From assembly GCF_006345805.1 (NCBI RefSeq), contig NW_021833681.1, forward strand, positions 1-56,961: a DNA stretch of 56,961 nt, in the 5' to 3' direction. This DNA comes from Octopus sinensis. Its lineage: Eukaryota. Under the pieces are notes generated by a model that was not told the DNA's origin, did no database searches, and saw nothing but the letters and a program-made list of their open reading frames with translations. The position numbers and the translations under genes were made by a program. Below are positions 24,855 to 38,077 of the stretch, in pieces; the stretch's first letter is position 1, and every line of letters begins with the position of its first letter.

Positions 24855-25360
24855 TAATAATAAATCTCTGAGCGAGGTATAAGCAGTATTTCACAACATC
24901 GTGAAGTATATTTGCCACTTAAATGTTGCTAACCCTTCAGGGTGGATGCTACTGTAGCTTGTAGCCCCAGGAGGACACCTCCTCCAACTGGCTATTGACA
25001 AACGTTCTGTGCCCTATCAGTATTTGCAAAGGGAAGCCATCCTTTCCATCTCCAACCTGACATGATACACACGGACCCGAGCTTCTGAGTATTAACCCGC
25101 CATCACCGTGTGATTATCTCCGGTTGGCGATGTGAAGTGGTTCCCAATGCAAATATATATATATCCTTTTTCCAGTGACGAAAAGTCACTGATCTCGAAA
25201 AAAGTGTAAACAAACAATAATAAATCTGTGGGCGAGTTATAAACAGTAGCTGCACGATATCCTGAAGTATATTTGTCACTTAAATGTGGCTAACCCTTCA
25301 GGGTGGATGCTACTTTAGCTTGTATCCCAGGAGGGCACCTCCTCCAGCTGGCTATTGACA
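24855..25360. repeat. Imperfect direct repeat (24855-25000 and 25218-25360)
   Basis: Both copies contain cacttaaatgt.gctaacccttcagggtggatgctact..ccaggagg.cacctcctcca.ctggctattgaca. Confidence 0.8.
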
Positions 25361-25395
25361 CACTGTCTATTGTTGTTGTTGTTGTTGTTGTTGTT

Positions 25396-25456
<61 letters not shown>

Positions 25457-25457
<1 letters not shown>

Positions 25458-26175
25458 ATAGTCTTCTTTTTATCACGTGCTTTCACTGCACTGCTGATCG
25501 CAGCTCTGTGTGCCTTGGGTATATGTTGTAGTTTATTGCAATGCTCTTACATTTACTGTGTTGAAAGTGATTCACGTAGAATGTGTGCCGTGCCTAGTAG
25601 TGCTATTTTCTCTATGTTATATATACTTGTAAGTCCTGGTGTTTTTGTTATGTATTTATCTGATATTTATTTTATCATACTTAAGTGTTTCTGTTTTAGG
25701 CTCCACATTCGAGGTACCTCTATATCAAGATCTTTATATCTTAAAAGTTTCTCCGTTTCTTTTAGAGAAACATTGTCACCTGTTGGTATTAATACATCGA
25801 TTAAAAAGCATTTTTTCTTTCTTGGTGATCTCTGACAACTATATCCGACCTATTAGCCTTAAGTTCTTTATTTGTGTGCATTGAAATATCCCAGATTATG
25901 TTTGCTTTCACGTTTTCTGTGTCCTTTTCAGGGGTGCGCCTCTACCATCATTTTCCTGTTGTTATTATATAGTGTTGGCATAGCTTCCAGTGTATATACG
26001 TCCAAACTCTGTCATGTCTGTGAATATACTCCTTCTTAGTAAGGAGTGGGCAGCCAGAGAAAATATGATTTATTATTTCTTCTCTATCACCACATGTTCT
26101 GCAGTTATTTCTATTTCTTTTCATTGTGTTTTTAGTGATTTCTGTTTTATCGTATCTAGTTCATTGATTTCCAAG
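25457..26175 (-). mobile_element. R4/Dong-like C-terminal fragment, third subfamily
   Basis: CRTCGDREEIINHIFSGC..KEYIHRHDRV..IIWDISM..FLIDVLIPTGDN..KETEKLLRYKDL..EKIALLGTAHILRESL; (ATT)n on both sides. Confidence 0.9.
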
Positions 26176-26219
26176 TATTATTATTATTATTATTATTATT
26201 ATCATTATTATTATTATTA

Positions 26220-26305
<86 letters not shown>

Positions 26306-26331
26306 ATTGTTATTATTATTGTTGTTGTTAT

Positions 26332-26525
26332 TAAGGCGGCGAGTTGGCCGAATAGTTCGCAGTATTTCGTTTGTCTTCACGTTCTGAGTTCAAATTCCGT
26401 TGGGGTCGACTTTGCCTTTCATCCTTTCGGGGTCGATGAATTACATACCAGTGAGACATTGAGGTCGATTTAATCGACTCATCCCTTCCCCACAAATGAG
26501 TGCCCTTGTTGAAAAATTTTGAAAC
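26332..26525 (+). mobile_element. tRNA-SINE family A
   Basis: aaggcggcgagttggc..gttctgagttcaaattcc..ctttgcctttcatcctttcggggtcgat. Confidence 0.8.
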
Positions 26526-26529
26526 CATC

Positions 26530-26602
<73 letters not shown>

Positions 26603-26666
26603 CTGTTGTGATAATTGTTGATCTTATTGCTGTTTATGTTGTTGGTATTGTCATTGCTGCTCCTGC

Positions 26667-26716
<50 letters not shown>

Positions 26717-26873
26717 TATTATTATTATTATATTACTATTATCATTATTACTATTATTATAATTATCATTATTATTATTATTATTATTATTACTATTAAT
26801 ATTATTATCATGATTATAATTATAATAATAATAATAATAATAATAATAATTATTATTATTATTATTACTATTA

Positions 26874-26907
<34 letters not shown>

Positions 26908-26995
26908 CATCATTTTTATTATTACTATTATTATTATTATATTATTATTATTATTATTACTATTATCATCATTATTATTACTATTATCATTATTA

Positions 26996-27027
<32 letters not shown>

Positions 27028-28459
27028 TATTATGATTATGATTATTACCCAGTGCATAATTCATATAGAATCATTAAATCAAAATGGATCCTTTATTTAG
27101 TTTTTCTTAAAAATTTAATGAATAAGTCAATGAATGAATTATTATTGTTATACAATTAAATCAGTGATAATTATCATAAGTTAATGAACAAATAAAAAAC
27201 AAACAATTGAACCTTTAAATAATTAAATCAGGGATTTTTATAATTATAATTATTAATGCATAAATAATCACATAAATAAATATATAACAATAAATAAATA
27301 AATAAATAAATGAATAAACAAATAAAAATAGTGCATTGAAAAACGGACAATCATGAATGCTATGATTATTTAGGGAAAATGAAAGTCACAAAGCCTATAA
27401 ATCAAGAACACTTTCATGGGTTTTAAATTGATTATTAAGAGAAAAAAAAAAAATTCTTATTGTATAGAAAATTTTGGAAACAAATAAATCAGGAATAACG
27501 TTCAGTAGGTTAATAAATATTAATAATTAGTCAATTAAATGGGGAGAAAGAGAGTAAAAAGAAAAAAAAATAGCACAACAATAATGATGATATTCCTATG
27601 ATACTACACATAATAATATAAAGTTGTGGAGTAGAATAAAGGATACGAAAAGGCCAGGATGGAATAAGGGAGCTGTAAGGAACACGTGAAAGGTTTTGTG
27701 AATAATATGGCACTGAGAGAATATTAGTAGATAGGGTAGAGCTGGGGATAATTAGAAGACCATTATGGTGCCGCTGCCGTCGACTTGGGCGGGATTGAGG
27801 TCGGGGTTGGGATATATAATTACTGTGAAAACTGGAATAATTAGATAATTAAAATGACAAACGGAAAGAATAAAGTATATAGAAGAAAATCGCGGCATTT
27901 TTCAACGCTTGATTAAAGATGAAATATTAGTAAATAGTGTATGAAAAAGAAGAGGTTCTTTTTAGTTTTTTATTAGATTCAGTCACTGGATTGCGGCCAT
28001 GCTGGGGCACCAACTTGAAGGCCCTAGTCAAACGAATCGACCTGAGTAGTTATTTTTAAACTCTGGTAATTATTCCGTTGGTCTCTTAGTATAAACGAAC
28101 CATCGCCAGTTATCTGGTGATGGCAGAAAACAAACTCTTTCTTGGCGTTTGTCAGATGACGTCAGAGATTAAGGGGGAGATAAATGACATTCGATTTGTT
28201 AATTTTACGTCGAGATAAGAACTTTGGGACAAATTGGCCAACAGTTGGAATTCAACTTAGGATTGGAATAATAAAATGATTGCATTACAGAATTAATTCT
28301 CATTCGTCCTTAACCTCTGATCAAACACAACCGCGGCATATAGTCATTATAGACATGTAATAGTCATGCCATTAAGCTCTCTCTAATTTTGGTCCGCAGA
28401 ACCAATTTATCCTCCACAGAAGCCAGCTTAAGAGTCCGAACAGAGTGCGGCTTTTAAGC

Positions 28460-28535
28460 TAGTGTTGAATAAAGATATAATTAACTGATCCTCCTGTATT
28501 TTCTTTTACCCAAAGCCGGGAAATTTTCAGCCCTG
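28460..28535 (-). mobile_element. Mariner MITE terminal fragment
   Basis: Reverse complement gctgaaaatttcccggctttgggtaaaagaaaatacaggaggatcagttaattat; matches 55330-55410 and resembles 19130. Confidence 0.55.
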
Positions 28536-28539
28536 CCCC

Positions 28540-28740
28540 TGGTGTATGCGTGTGTATATATATATACATATGTGTGTGTGTGTGTCTGTACATGTGCGTA
28601 TTTATATATATATATATGTATGTATATATATATACATATATGTATATGTAAATATATATACATACACACACACATATATACACGCACATATATATACACA
28701 CGCGCATATATATATATATATATACACGCGCACATATATG

Positions 28741-28792
<52 letters not shown>

Positions 28793-28842
28793 ATATGTGT
28801 GTGTTGCGTTTATATACACACACACATACACAAAGACACACA

Positions 28843-28884
<42 letters not shown>

Positions 28885-29646
28885 ATATACATATATAACA
28901 TATATATATGTATATATGTGTTAGTGTGTATATATAGGAAATTACAGAAATGCAGACAACTACAGAAGAGGCAGAGGCGCCACCGACACACACACATAAA
29001 CCTATACACTGACACAGAAATGCTGACATACTCACGTATACACACACTGATATGTTTCTCTGTACCGACACATCAAACAACATGTAAATGACTTGACACA
29101 CACACAAGCCTGATGTATAAATATACACAAAGCCATACAAGCATACGCACACAATCACACATAGACATATATGCACACACACCCACTGGTACGCACATAA
29201 TATAAACATTAACACACGTACACACACTGACACGTACACACAGAATCACAGACACACTTATCCACAACGCATATGCATTCAGATACATTGACACACACAC
29301 ACACTCTTGCAAATACACCTACCTACAGATACACACTTTCACACACAGACACGTAACCACACACACAGAGACCCAAACGCACGCACACATACATATACAT
29401 GTACACACACTATGAGGAATTCAATCACATATATACACAGCCTTAGATAGAAACTCACAGATGCATACTTATAAACACATATACATACATACACATATAC
29501 ATACATGCACACACTGACATATACTGACACAGTAAAGAGCACACACCAACACACACTCCCGGTGCCACACACACACATATACTCACACAGGCACACACTT
29601 GCACACATATGCAGTCAGGCAATGCCACACACACGCGCATACAAAG

Positions 29647-29677
<31 letters not shown>

Positions 29678-29930
29678 ACGCACATACATACACACGCACA
29701 TAGAAGTACACATAGATATACACAGTCACGCAATGTTACATACACATACAGGTACACACACACATGCACCCACACACGTACACACACACAAACACACAGA
29801 CACACACACACACGCACACACACACGCCCTGCCACACATACACACACGCAATGCCACACACATACACACACGTGCATACACACATACGCACATACACCCA
29901 CCCACCCACACACAGGGAATACGTGAAGAG
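28540..29930. repeat. Long degenerate (TA)n/(CA)n tract
   Basis: Direct reading. Confidence 0.9.
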
Positions 29931-30526
29931 ATCCAATAAATTATTAATTGTTACGTTTTGTTCCCGTCTTTGAAAATTCTATTGGAAAATGACAGCGGAA
30001 TATTGGAATATTCCTCTGACCGTTATTTAGCGTCGTTATTTATGAACAGGAATTTGTATAATTGAACTGACCTCTTGATTTTCACCCTGCTTCCTGTCCC
30101 ACGACGACCACCACCACCGATACCATTATAACCGCTATCACCACTATCACAAACTACAACATTGTCATAGCGCCCATTGAGATTTGTCCAGAGTAGCCTC
30201 CGCGTCGCATTCCAGCATGCAGCGAAGCAGTAGCCAAATCGTTCTCAAATCACAATCTTGACCCCTTAAATATAGAAAGGACATATTGGAGGATGTAGTT
30301 ACTGATGTACAAAAAGATGGGATAGTCGTGGACGGAGCGCTGTTGATCATAATTCATTATTTTTTGAGAATATATTTGCAAATAAAGAACAACAAAAACA
30401 TATATTATTGTCTGATGCGACTGAAATTTCAGTTCGGGAGTCATTCCATTAACCCAGGTCTCCCTCAGTAAATTGGAGTCATCCAGAATATGGTTAAGCT
30501 TCACTGGAGGTTCATATGATTACTCT

Positions 30527-31110
30527 AAGGTGGCGAGCTGGCAGAATCGTTAGCACGCCGGATGAAATGCTTAGCGATATTTCGTCTGCCGTTACATTCT
30601 GAGTTCAAATTCCGCCGAGGTCGACTTTGCCTTTCATCCTTTCGGGATCAATAAATTAAGTACCAGTTACGCACTGGGGTCGATATAATCGACTTAATCC
30701 GTTTGTCTGTCTTTGTTTGTCCCCTCTGTGTTTAGCCCCTTGTGGGTAGTAAAGGAATAGGTAGTTCGTCTGCCGCTACGCTCTGAGTTCAAATTCCGCC
30801 GAGGTCGACTTTGCCTTTCATCCTTTCGGGATCAATAAATTAAGTACCAGTTACGCACTGGGGGTGATATAATCGACTTAATCCGTTTGTCTATCCTTGT
30901 TTGTCCCCTCTGTGTTTAGCCCCTTGTGGGTAGTAAAGAAATAGGCATTCCGTTTGACTTTACGTTCTGAGTTAAAATTCCGCCGAGGTCCTGTTTGCCT
31001 TTCATCCTTTCGGGATCGATAAATTAAGTACCTGTTGCGTACTAATGTCGATCTAATCGACTGACTCCTCCCCACCAAAAAATTTTGGGCATTGTTCCTA
31101 GAGTAGAAAA
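30527..31110 (+). mobile_element. Head-to-tail trimer of SINE family A
   Basis: A full unit followed by two headless units joined at aatagg|ta..ttcgtc junctions (~30760 and ~30945). Confidence 0.85.
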
Positions 31111-31114
31111 GAAT

Positions 31115-31530
31115 ATTCTTTTATTCTTTTACCCGTTTCAGTCATTTGACTGCAACCATGCTGGAGCACCACCTTAAAGGTTTTTATTTGAAGAAATCGA
31201 TCCCAGGATCCTTACTCTTTGAGAGTTTGGTACTTATTCTATCGGTTTTGTATCGCCGAACCGTTTTGTTACGGGTATATAAACACACCAACATCGCTTG
31301 TGAAGCGATGGTGGGAGTGAGGCCAAACACACACAAACATACAAATACACATACACACACACATACGACGGGCTTCTTTCAGTTTCCATCCATCAAATCC
31401 ACTCACAAGGCTTTGGTCGGCTCGTGGCTATAGTAGAAGACACTTAGCCCAAGGTGCCACGTAATGGGACTGAACCTGGAAACATATGGTTTGGAAGCAA
31501 GCTTCTTATCACACAACCACACCTGTGCCA
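31115..31530 (-). mobile_element. tRNA-SINE family B, full length
   Basis: Reverse complement of head, central (CA)n and tail ccagcatggttgcagtcaaatgactgaaac. Confidence 0.85.
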
Positions 31531-31629
31531 TTATTTTTTATTTATTATAGCCATTAGTCTGCAGTTATGTTGGCTGGTGAATCTGTTTGAAGAATGTTTA
31601 GAAGAAAGAATCGTCCCTAGCGTTTTCTT

Positions 31630-31968
31630 TTTTTAAGCCGGGTACTTACTCTATTGGATTGGTTTGCCGAGCAGCTAAGTTACGAAACGTAAGCAAACCA
31701 ATACCAGTTGGCAAGCTGTGTAAAGGAGGGGTGGTGGCAAACATAGATCCAAAACCATACGTACACACGTACTCGCACGCACATATATACATACATACAT
31801 TCGACGGGCTTGTTTCAGTTTCCGTCTACCAAATCTATTCCTAAAGCTTTGGCCGGCCAAGGGTTAAAGCACAAGACATTTATCCTAAGGTGTCACGCAA
31901 TAAAACCGAAACCAGAATCATGTGGCTGGGAAGCAATCTTCTTACCACACAGCCATGTCTGCGCCTAT
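31630..31968 (-). mobile_element. tRNA-SINE family B, diverged
   Basis: Same organisation as 31115-31530. Confidence 0.7.
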
Positions 31969-32481
31969 GTTCTTTTATTTCTTCCCATTCTTATATTCCA
32001 CAATTCTGGAATAATCTCCAATACTGCCGTATCAGGTGAGGCATTATTTCATGGCTCAAACAGGCCAGCTGGAGACTCTTTGCTTAATTGCTTATTTACC
32101 AAACCTCAAAACGATCTGCCGTTACTGCATGCATTTCAGTTCATTGCATACTTGCAGTATTTTTTTTTAGCAGAAACTTTCATCTTACACCGCAATTAAA
32201 GGACCCATGAGACTCGCTTTCAGTTACCATTCCGCAGTCCGTTGCAATAATTATCTTTCTATTTCTTCTCTAGCCAGTCTTTTCTTATTTTGCACATATA
32301 TGGATTTTCTTTTCATAGCATTGCATAGTCCAATTTTTTAAAAGCTTACTTTCTTTTTAAACCGTTTTCCCTATTTTTGCTTTCGTTTTTTTCTACCTGT
32401 TTATATTTGTTGGCTTACTTCAAGTTAGAAAAATGTTTATAAATGCATTCACAATTTGACGAGCAAAAGCACAAATGTACG

Positions 32482-33380
32482 TACGAGGACCGATCAATAA
32501 GTATCCGGACTATTGCCGCAGTAACAAAGTTAAAGCATTCAGAGTGAAGCCGCTTAGCACAGCTTGACCTTGACCTCTGCTGTGCATGGACTTTAAGCTT
32601 TAACGTTCTAGCTCACTTCTCCTATTTACAGTAGTGCTTGGAAGTAACGTGTATAACGTGTGATCGTCGCATTGACCATGACAGAAAGTGTTGTCATGGA
32701 GATACCTTCTCAGTGGTCAACGCAAATTTGCGGAAAGTGTATGGAGAGAAGTGTATGACTCACACACAAATGTAGAGTTGTTCTGACGTTTCGAAGTTGG
32801 CCGAAAAAATGTCGATATTGACGAACGTTCTGGGAGACCAACAACCAGCAGAACTGAGAAAAACATCGCTGATGTGCGTGCAGCTGTGAAGGGTTATCGT
32901 CGAATCACCATCCGTGAGTTATCAGAGGATGTGCAGATTAGTTGTTGTTCAGTTCAGTCTATTATCACTGAAGATTTGGGTATGAGAGGCGTGTTTGCCA
33001 AATTTGTGCCAAAACTGCGTTTAGCTGACCAAAAAACACGCGGGTTTCAGTCGCACAAGATCTCCTTGATTGTATCGAGAAGGATGAAAACTTTTCGAAA
33101 ACGTTTGGTAGGTCTCTGAGCAAGTTTCATCAAGCTATTGGCAAAATCTGATGCAGATTCTCTGCTCAACTTTCTCCGTCATGGTCAATGCGACGATCAC
33201 ACGTTGAACACGTTACTTCCAAGCACTGATGTAAATAGCCGAAGTAAGCTAGAACATTAAAACTTAGTGCGCATGCACAGCAAAATTTAAAGTCAATCTC
33301 TGCTGAGCAGCTTCACTCAGCGTGCTTTAGCTTCGTTACTATGACAACAGTCCGGATACTTACTGCTTAGGCCACATATA
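32482..33380 (+). mobile_element. Non-autonomous mariner with ~200 bp inverted ends
   Basis: 32482-32685 is the reverse complement of ~33176-33380. Internal HTH peptide DERSGRPTTSRTEKNIADVRAAVKGYRRITIRELSEDV..AKFVPKL; no DDD domain. Confidence 0.85.
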
Positions 33381-34001
33381 CGACATTAACAAAATCATCA
33401 TCACCAACGACTGTAGTTATTCCTTTGCTAGCGTTGCAAGTCCAAAAGAAATATTGGACATCAGTCAAGAAATAGAGAAAGAAGTGTGGGTGAGATTTAT
33501 GGCAAGAAAAAGTGATTATTTATCCCAGAAATTTGTATATTTATACAGAAAAGGTTGAGGAAGAAGCTCACATACATTTTTAAGACCGTGAATTAATTAA
33601 CCCAGGAGAGAAACAGTATTTGAAATATTACGTATGTCTCGGCAAGAGATTTTCGTAGTGGCGTTAAAATGTGGCTTGGACTATCGGTGCATGTGAGATG
33701 GCCTACAAAAACAGATTATCATCATCATTATTCTCTCTTCGCTTTACGATATCTGCAGTGTTGTGATAATTTTTCACCATTTAAAAAAAAAATTTATATA
33801 TTTTAAATCTTCAAACATTTTCTATTTTTATATTGATCATGTAAGTCTAATTAGATTTAAGATATTACATTCTCCCTCTCCTCCTCCTCCTCCTCATTAT
33901 CATTATCATCATCATCATCATCATCAAAAACAAAAACATCAACGACAAAAATAATGATAATGATGAGGGTGATGATGAAGATGATGATGATGATGATGAT
34001 G

Positions 34002-34038
<37 letters not shown>

Positions 34039-34039
34039 C

Positions 34040-34080
<41 letters not shown>

Positions 34081-34119
34081 CACATCCACCACTACTACTA
34101 CTACTACTACTACTGATAA

Positions 34120-34345
34120 CAATTTCTAATTTTGGTATAAGGCCAGTAATTTTAAGAGGAGAGAGAAGTCGATTGAAATGACCCCAGTGTTTGACTTATG
34201 CGTAATTTTATCGACCCAAAATGATGGAAAGCAAAGTAGACCTCAGAGTATTTTCAATTGAGAATATATAAAAAAAAACAAGCTCAAAGACATACTGCTA
34301 AGCATTTTGTCCGACGCACTAACTATTCTGCTAGCTCGACGCTTC
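34120..34345 (-). mobile_element. tRNA-SINE family A, diverged
   Basis: Family core in reverse complement, ending ..ctgctagctcgacgctt. Confidence 0.65.
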
Positions 34346-34929
34346 AGTGCAGAGGGTGAGGAGAAGAATTATCGAGAATAGTGCGTGAGAAAAGAAGTCT
34401 CAGTTGTTTAAATAACTTTAATTGACAGACAACTGAATGACGTCTACTTAGAAGAAACAGACTAAAAATGGCGGTAGGTAGTATTAATGACGTCTTAAGT
34501 GTAAGGCCATGATAATTGCAACCGATACTACTACAGCACAACCAGTCAGGTTTATGGGAACAAACAGATCGAAATGAAATGAAATCACCCTCTCCTATCA
34601 GGTCTCAAGAATAAGGTGAGACACTGAGAACGAAGAGGGTCTGTTTCTCATCACAGTACTAGCCCGTGGTTATAAACTGTAGTAATGACCAGTCACTTTA
34701 GGGAGGGCGCAAACAATAGTGTAGAGGAACATAGAAAGTTATGGGGGGCAATAAGAAACGTGGGGGAAAATATGCGAACCGGGACAAATGCAATGAAAAT
34801 CTGGAAGACTACGAGCTCGGTAGGGTTGCCAGTTTATTCGCCGACAGCTCGACTGTACGACAGGTTTTACTAGATTAGATTTTACCAGTAGCACTAAGAC
34901 TAACCTGGTATTGTCATGAGATTATTATG

Positions 34930-35420
34930 GAAGGGGCTCGGTAGGATAGTTAGAGCGCCGGGAAAAATGCTTAACGGCATTTCGTCCGTGTTTATGTTCT
35001 GAGTTTGAGTTCCGCAACGGTCCATTTTGCTTTTCATTCTTTCGGGATGGATAAGATGAATACCAGCTGGACACTGGGCTCTTTGTATTTGGCTTACCCC
35101 CGCCCATAGAAACTGCTGGCTTGTGCCAAAATTTAAATCCATTACTATAATTATAATAACAACAATCTTTGTTGCTGTAATTTCTTGGCAGAATCGTCGA
35201 AATGCTTGGCAGTATTTCGTCCGTCTTCACGTTCTGAGTTCAAATTCCGCCAAGGTCGACTTTACGTTTGATCCTTTCGGGGTCGATAAAATAAGTACCA
35301 ACTGTGTAGTAGGGTCGATGTATTCGACATACTCCTTCTCCCAAATTTTAAGCCTTGTGCCTAAAGTAGAAAGGATCATTGATTTATGGCAGCGCGTTCG
35401 CAGAATCGTTAGTGCGTGGG
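34930..35420 (+). mobile_element. Two adjacent family A SINEs plus a head fragment
   Basis: Cores at ~34985-35060 and ~35215-35300. Confidence 0.75.
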
Positions 35421-35434
35421 ATAAGACGTGTGCA

Positions 35435-35585
35435 GAGAATTCGTCAGTAGATAATTCTACGACAGAGAATTCACCAACAAACAATTCTACAACAGACTAT
35501 TCGCCGACAGAACAATTCTTCGACATACAATTCTACGACAGACAATTCACCGACAGACAATTCGCCGACAGACAATTCTCACACG
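35435..35585 (+). repeat. 15-bp minisatellite, about 10 units (GACAATTCRCCGACA)
   Basis: Direct reading; degenerate inverted units at ~35708-35760. Confidence 0.85.
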
Positions 35586-35708
35586 GCCTCAGACTCAACA
35601 CCGAGGCCTGCATCAAATGCCTGGAGGAGGTTGTGCTGCCCTGGGTTAAGAGGGTGGCTACTGGGACGCCCAATGTCTGGCAACAGGACTCTACACCATA
35701 CCACACAA
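35577..35708 (+). mobile_element. Tc1/mariner transposase fragment
   Basis: FSHGLRLNTEACIKCLEEVVLPWVKRVATGTPNVWQQDSTPYHT, around the second catalytic Asp (QQD.AP.H-type motif). Confidence 0.75.
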
Positions 35709-36144
35709 TTGTCCTGTCTGTAAGTTATCTGTGGGCCAACTGTCTTTCGAAGAATTGTTCATCTACCAGGATACGATCCTTTGCGGCACTTCTAGTTCTT
35801 TACGTTCTAAGATCAAATTCTGCCGACGTCGACTTTGACTTTCATCCTGTCAAGACCGATAGAGTAAGTCCCCTAACCCAGTAGTATTTCTTTACATTCT
35901 GAGTTAATGTTGCTCCGAGGCCGGACGCAGCGTTTCGTCCGCTGAGGTCGATAAAACATTATATCAGTCAAGCAGTGGAGTGGTTACAATCGACTTCTAA
36001 CTATTCTCAAAATTACTTGCTTGGTATCAAAATTATCATCATCATCATCGTCGTCGTCGTCGTCGTCGTCATCATCATTGTCATCATCATCATCATTGTC
36101 GTAGTCGTTGTCGTCATCTCCGGTGTCGTCGACGTCATCATCAC

Positions 36145-36184
<40 letters not shown>

Positions 36185-36238
36185 TTTATTGTCGTTAGCA
36201 TCATTATTATTGTTATTATTATTATTTTATTATTATTA

Positions 36239-36278
<40 letters not shown>

Positions 36279-37099
36279 TTTATTGTCATTAGTATTGTTG
36301 GTGTTGTAATATCTTAAATATAATTAGACTTACATGATCAATATAAAAATAAAAAGCGATTAAAGATTAAAAATATATAAAAATTCTGGAAAAAAAGACT
36401 GCGAAAAAGTACCGCAACACTGCAGATATTATAAAGCAAAGAGTGAATAATTTTCACTTGATCTTTCGACGATATAAATATATAAATCTATAAATAAATA
36501 AGTAATGAAATAAATTAATAATTAATACATATACAGACAATTATAGAAAATATAAAATATTTTAACGAAATAAATTTTATTATCAAATATAATATGAAAT
36601 ATAAAATGAAACTCAGTCGACATGATAAAAATTAATATTTAAAGAATGCATGTAGTATTCGTGTGAAAATACTAAGCGAAATATATAAATGCATCGCAAA
36701 AATTCATAAATGTCTCGTAAAAATGCATAAATACATAGCAAAAATTACCAAATAAACAAGAAGAAAGTTTTCAAGATGGCAGCCATCAAAATAATCATAT
36801 AAATCACTGCAGCAGTCATTTTACTTTCTGTTAAAAGATTTCTTGTCGTTGATTGGTGCTTGCTAAGAAAGATGTGGAACGGGAAAAAAATGCGCAAGAA
36901 ACGCAGATTCACTCAAAATTACATTGATAATTATTCATTTGGTTTAATTCACATTGGATTGAATAATTTGTATGTTATTAGTTCTTTTGCCTTTTCATTT
37001 CGTCGAGAACATATTTTTTTAGTTTCAGATTTCTATATTTCCTTTGCACTTCTCATCCTTCAATTTATTATTGTTGCTGTTTTATATTAATGTCTTGTT

Positions 37100-37462
37100 G
37101 TTGCTGTTGCTGTTGAGCGTAGCGGTCTTCGCCCCAGAGTGGGAGAAGTCCGAAACGTGGTCCTTTGCTATTCGTAAGACTTGCAGAAGAGAAAGCAGGT
37201 CAACCCCCGACACCGAGTGCATCGACGGATGGATGAATGCGCATCCAGTCTCAGCGCAAGAAACAGGACAAGAAACAGGAAAAAAGAGTGAGAGAAAGTT
37301 GGGGCGAAAGAGTACAACAGGGGTCGCGGCCATCCCCCTGCCGGAAACTCGTGGAGCTTTAGGTGTTTTCGCTCAATAAAAACAACGCCCGGTCTGGGAA
37401 TCGAAACCCCGATCCTCCGCCCGCGAGTCCGCTGCCCTAACCACTGGGCCATTGCGCCTCCA
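37100..37462 (-). mobile_element. tRNA-SINE (family C-type head), copy 1 of pair
   Basis: Head ggaggcgcaatggcccagtggttagggcagcggac..gtttcgattccc; body matches 39500-39862. Confidence 0.85.
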
Positions 37463-37889
37463 CTTATTACTGTCGTTGGCTCTTTTGATACTTCGATAAA
37501 GCAACTATCATTGTTAATTATGTTTTTTGCTTTTTGTTGGTGGAATAACAGTTTGTTAAGTAACTGCAGGTACTAATGTAGTAGTAGCAGCATCAGTAGC
37601 AGCAGAAGAAACAGCGGTTGCTGTAGTTATTGTTTTATGTTGTTGCATAGCCTCATGTTAACCCTGTTCATATATTGTTTAGGAACGCCCAGTAATGCTA
37701 ACCTGTTGTCTAAAATACCTTAAATAATGGAATTTTTCTGTTCGACTCTCAGACATTATTTCACTTTATTGGATTGGGAAAATATTTACAACATCAAAAC
37801 GGCCAAAGAAGAATTACGGGATAGAAGGTGCATATAGGCCATTCAAGAACGCACAAGAACTGGTAACTTCTCTTAAACATATAGGCCCA

Positions 37890-38046
37890 ACTACGGCTGT
37901 GTGGTAAGAAGTTTGCTTTCAAACCACATGGTTTCGGGTTCAGTCCCATTGCGTGGTACCTTGAGACAATTGTCTTCTACTATACACTCGGACTGACCAA
38001 AGCGTTGTGAGAGTATTTTGTAGACGGAAACTGAAAGAACTCCGTC

Positions 38047-38077
<31 letters not shown>

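Noticed and set aside
27775-27825. GC box plus TATA as a plus-strand promoter
   Set aside because: Short motifs only, with no downstream donor or ORF.
34600-34625. 14-nt microexon (cag|GTCTCAAGAATAAG|gtgag) and nearby YY1/CRE-like motifs
   Set aside because: Length is not a multiple of three and there is no independent support.
37140-37175. gtccGAAACGTGGTC in the SINE tail as a ribozyme
   Set aside because: No upstream CUGANGA in either copy, and it is antisense to the SINE.
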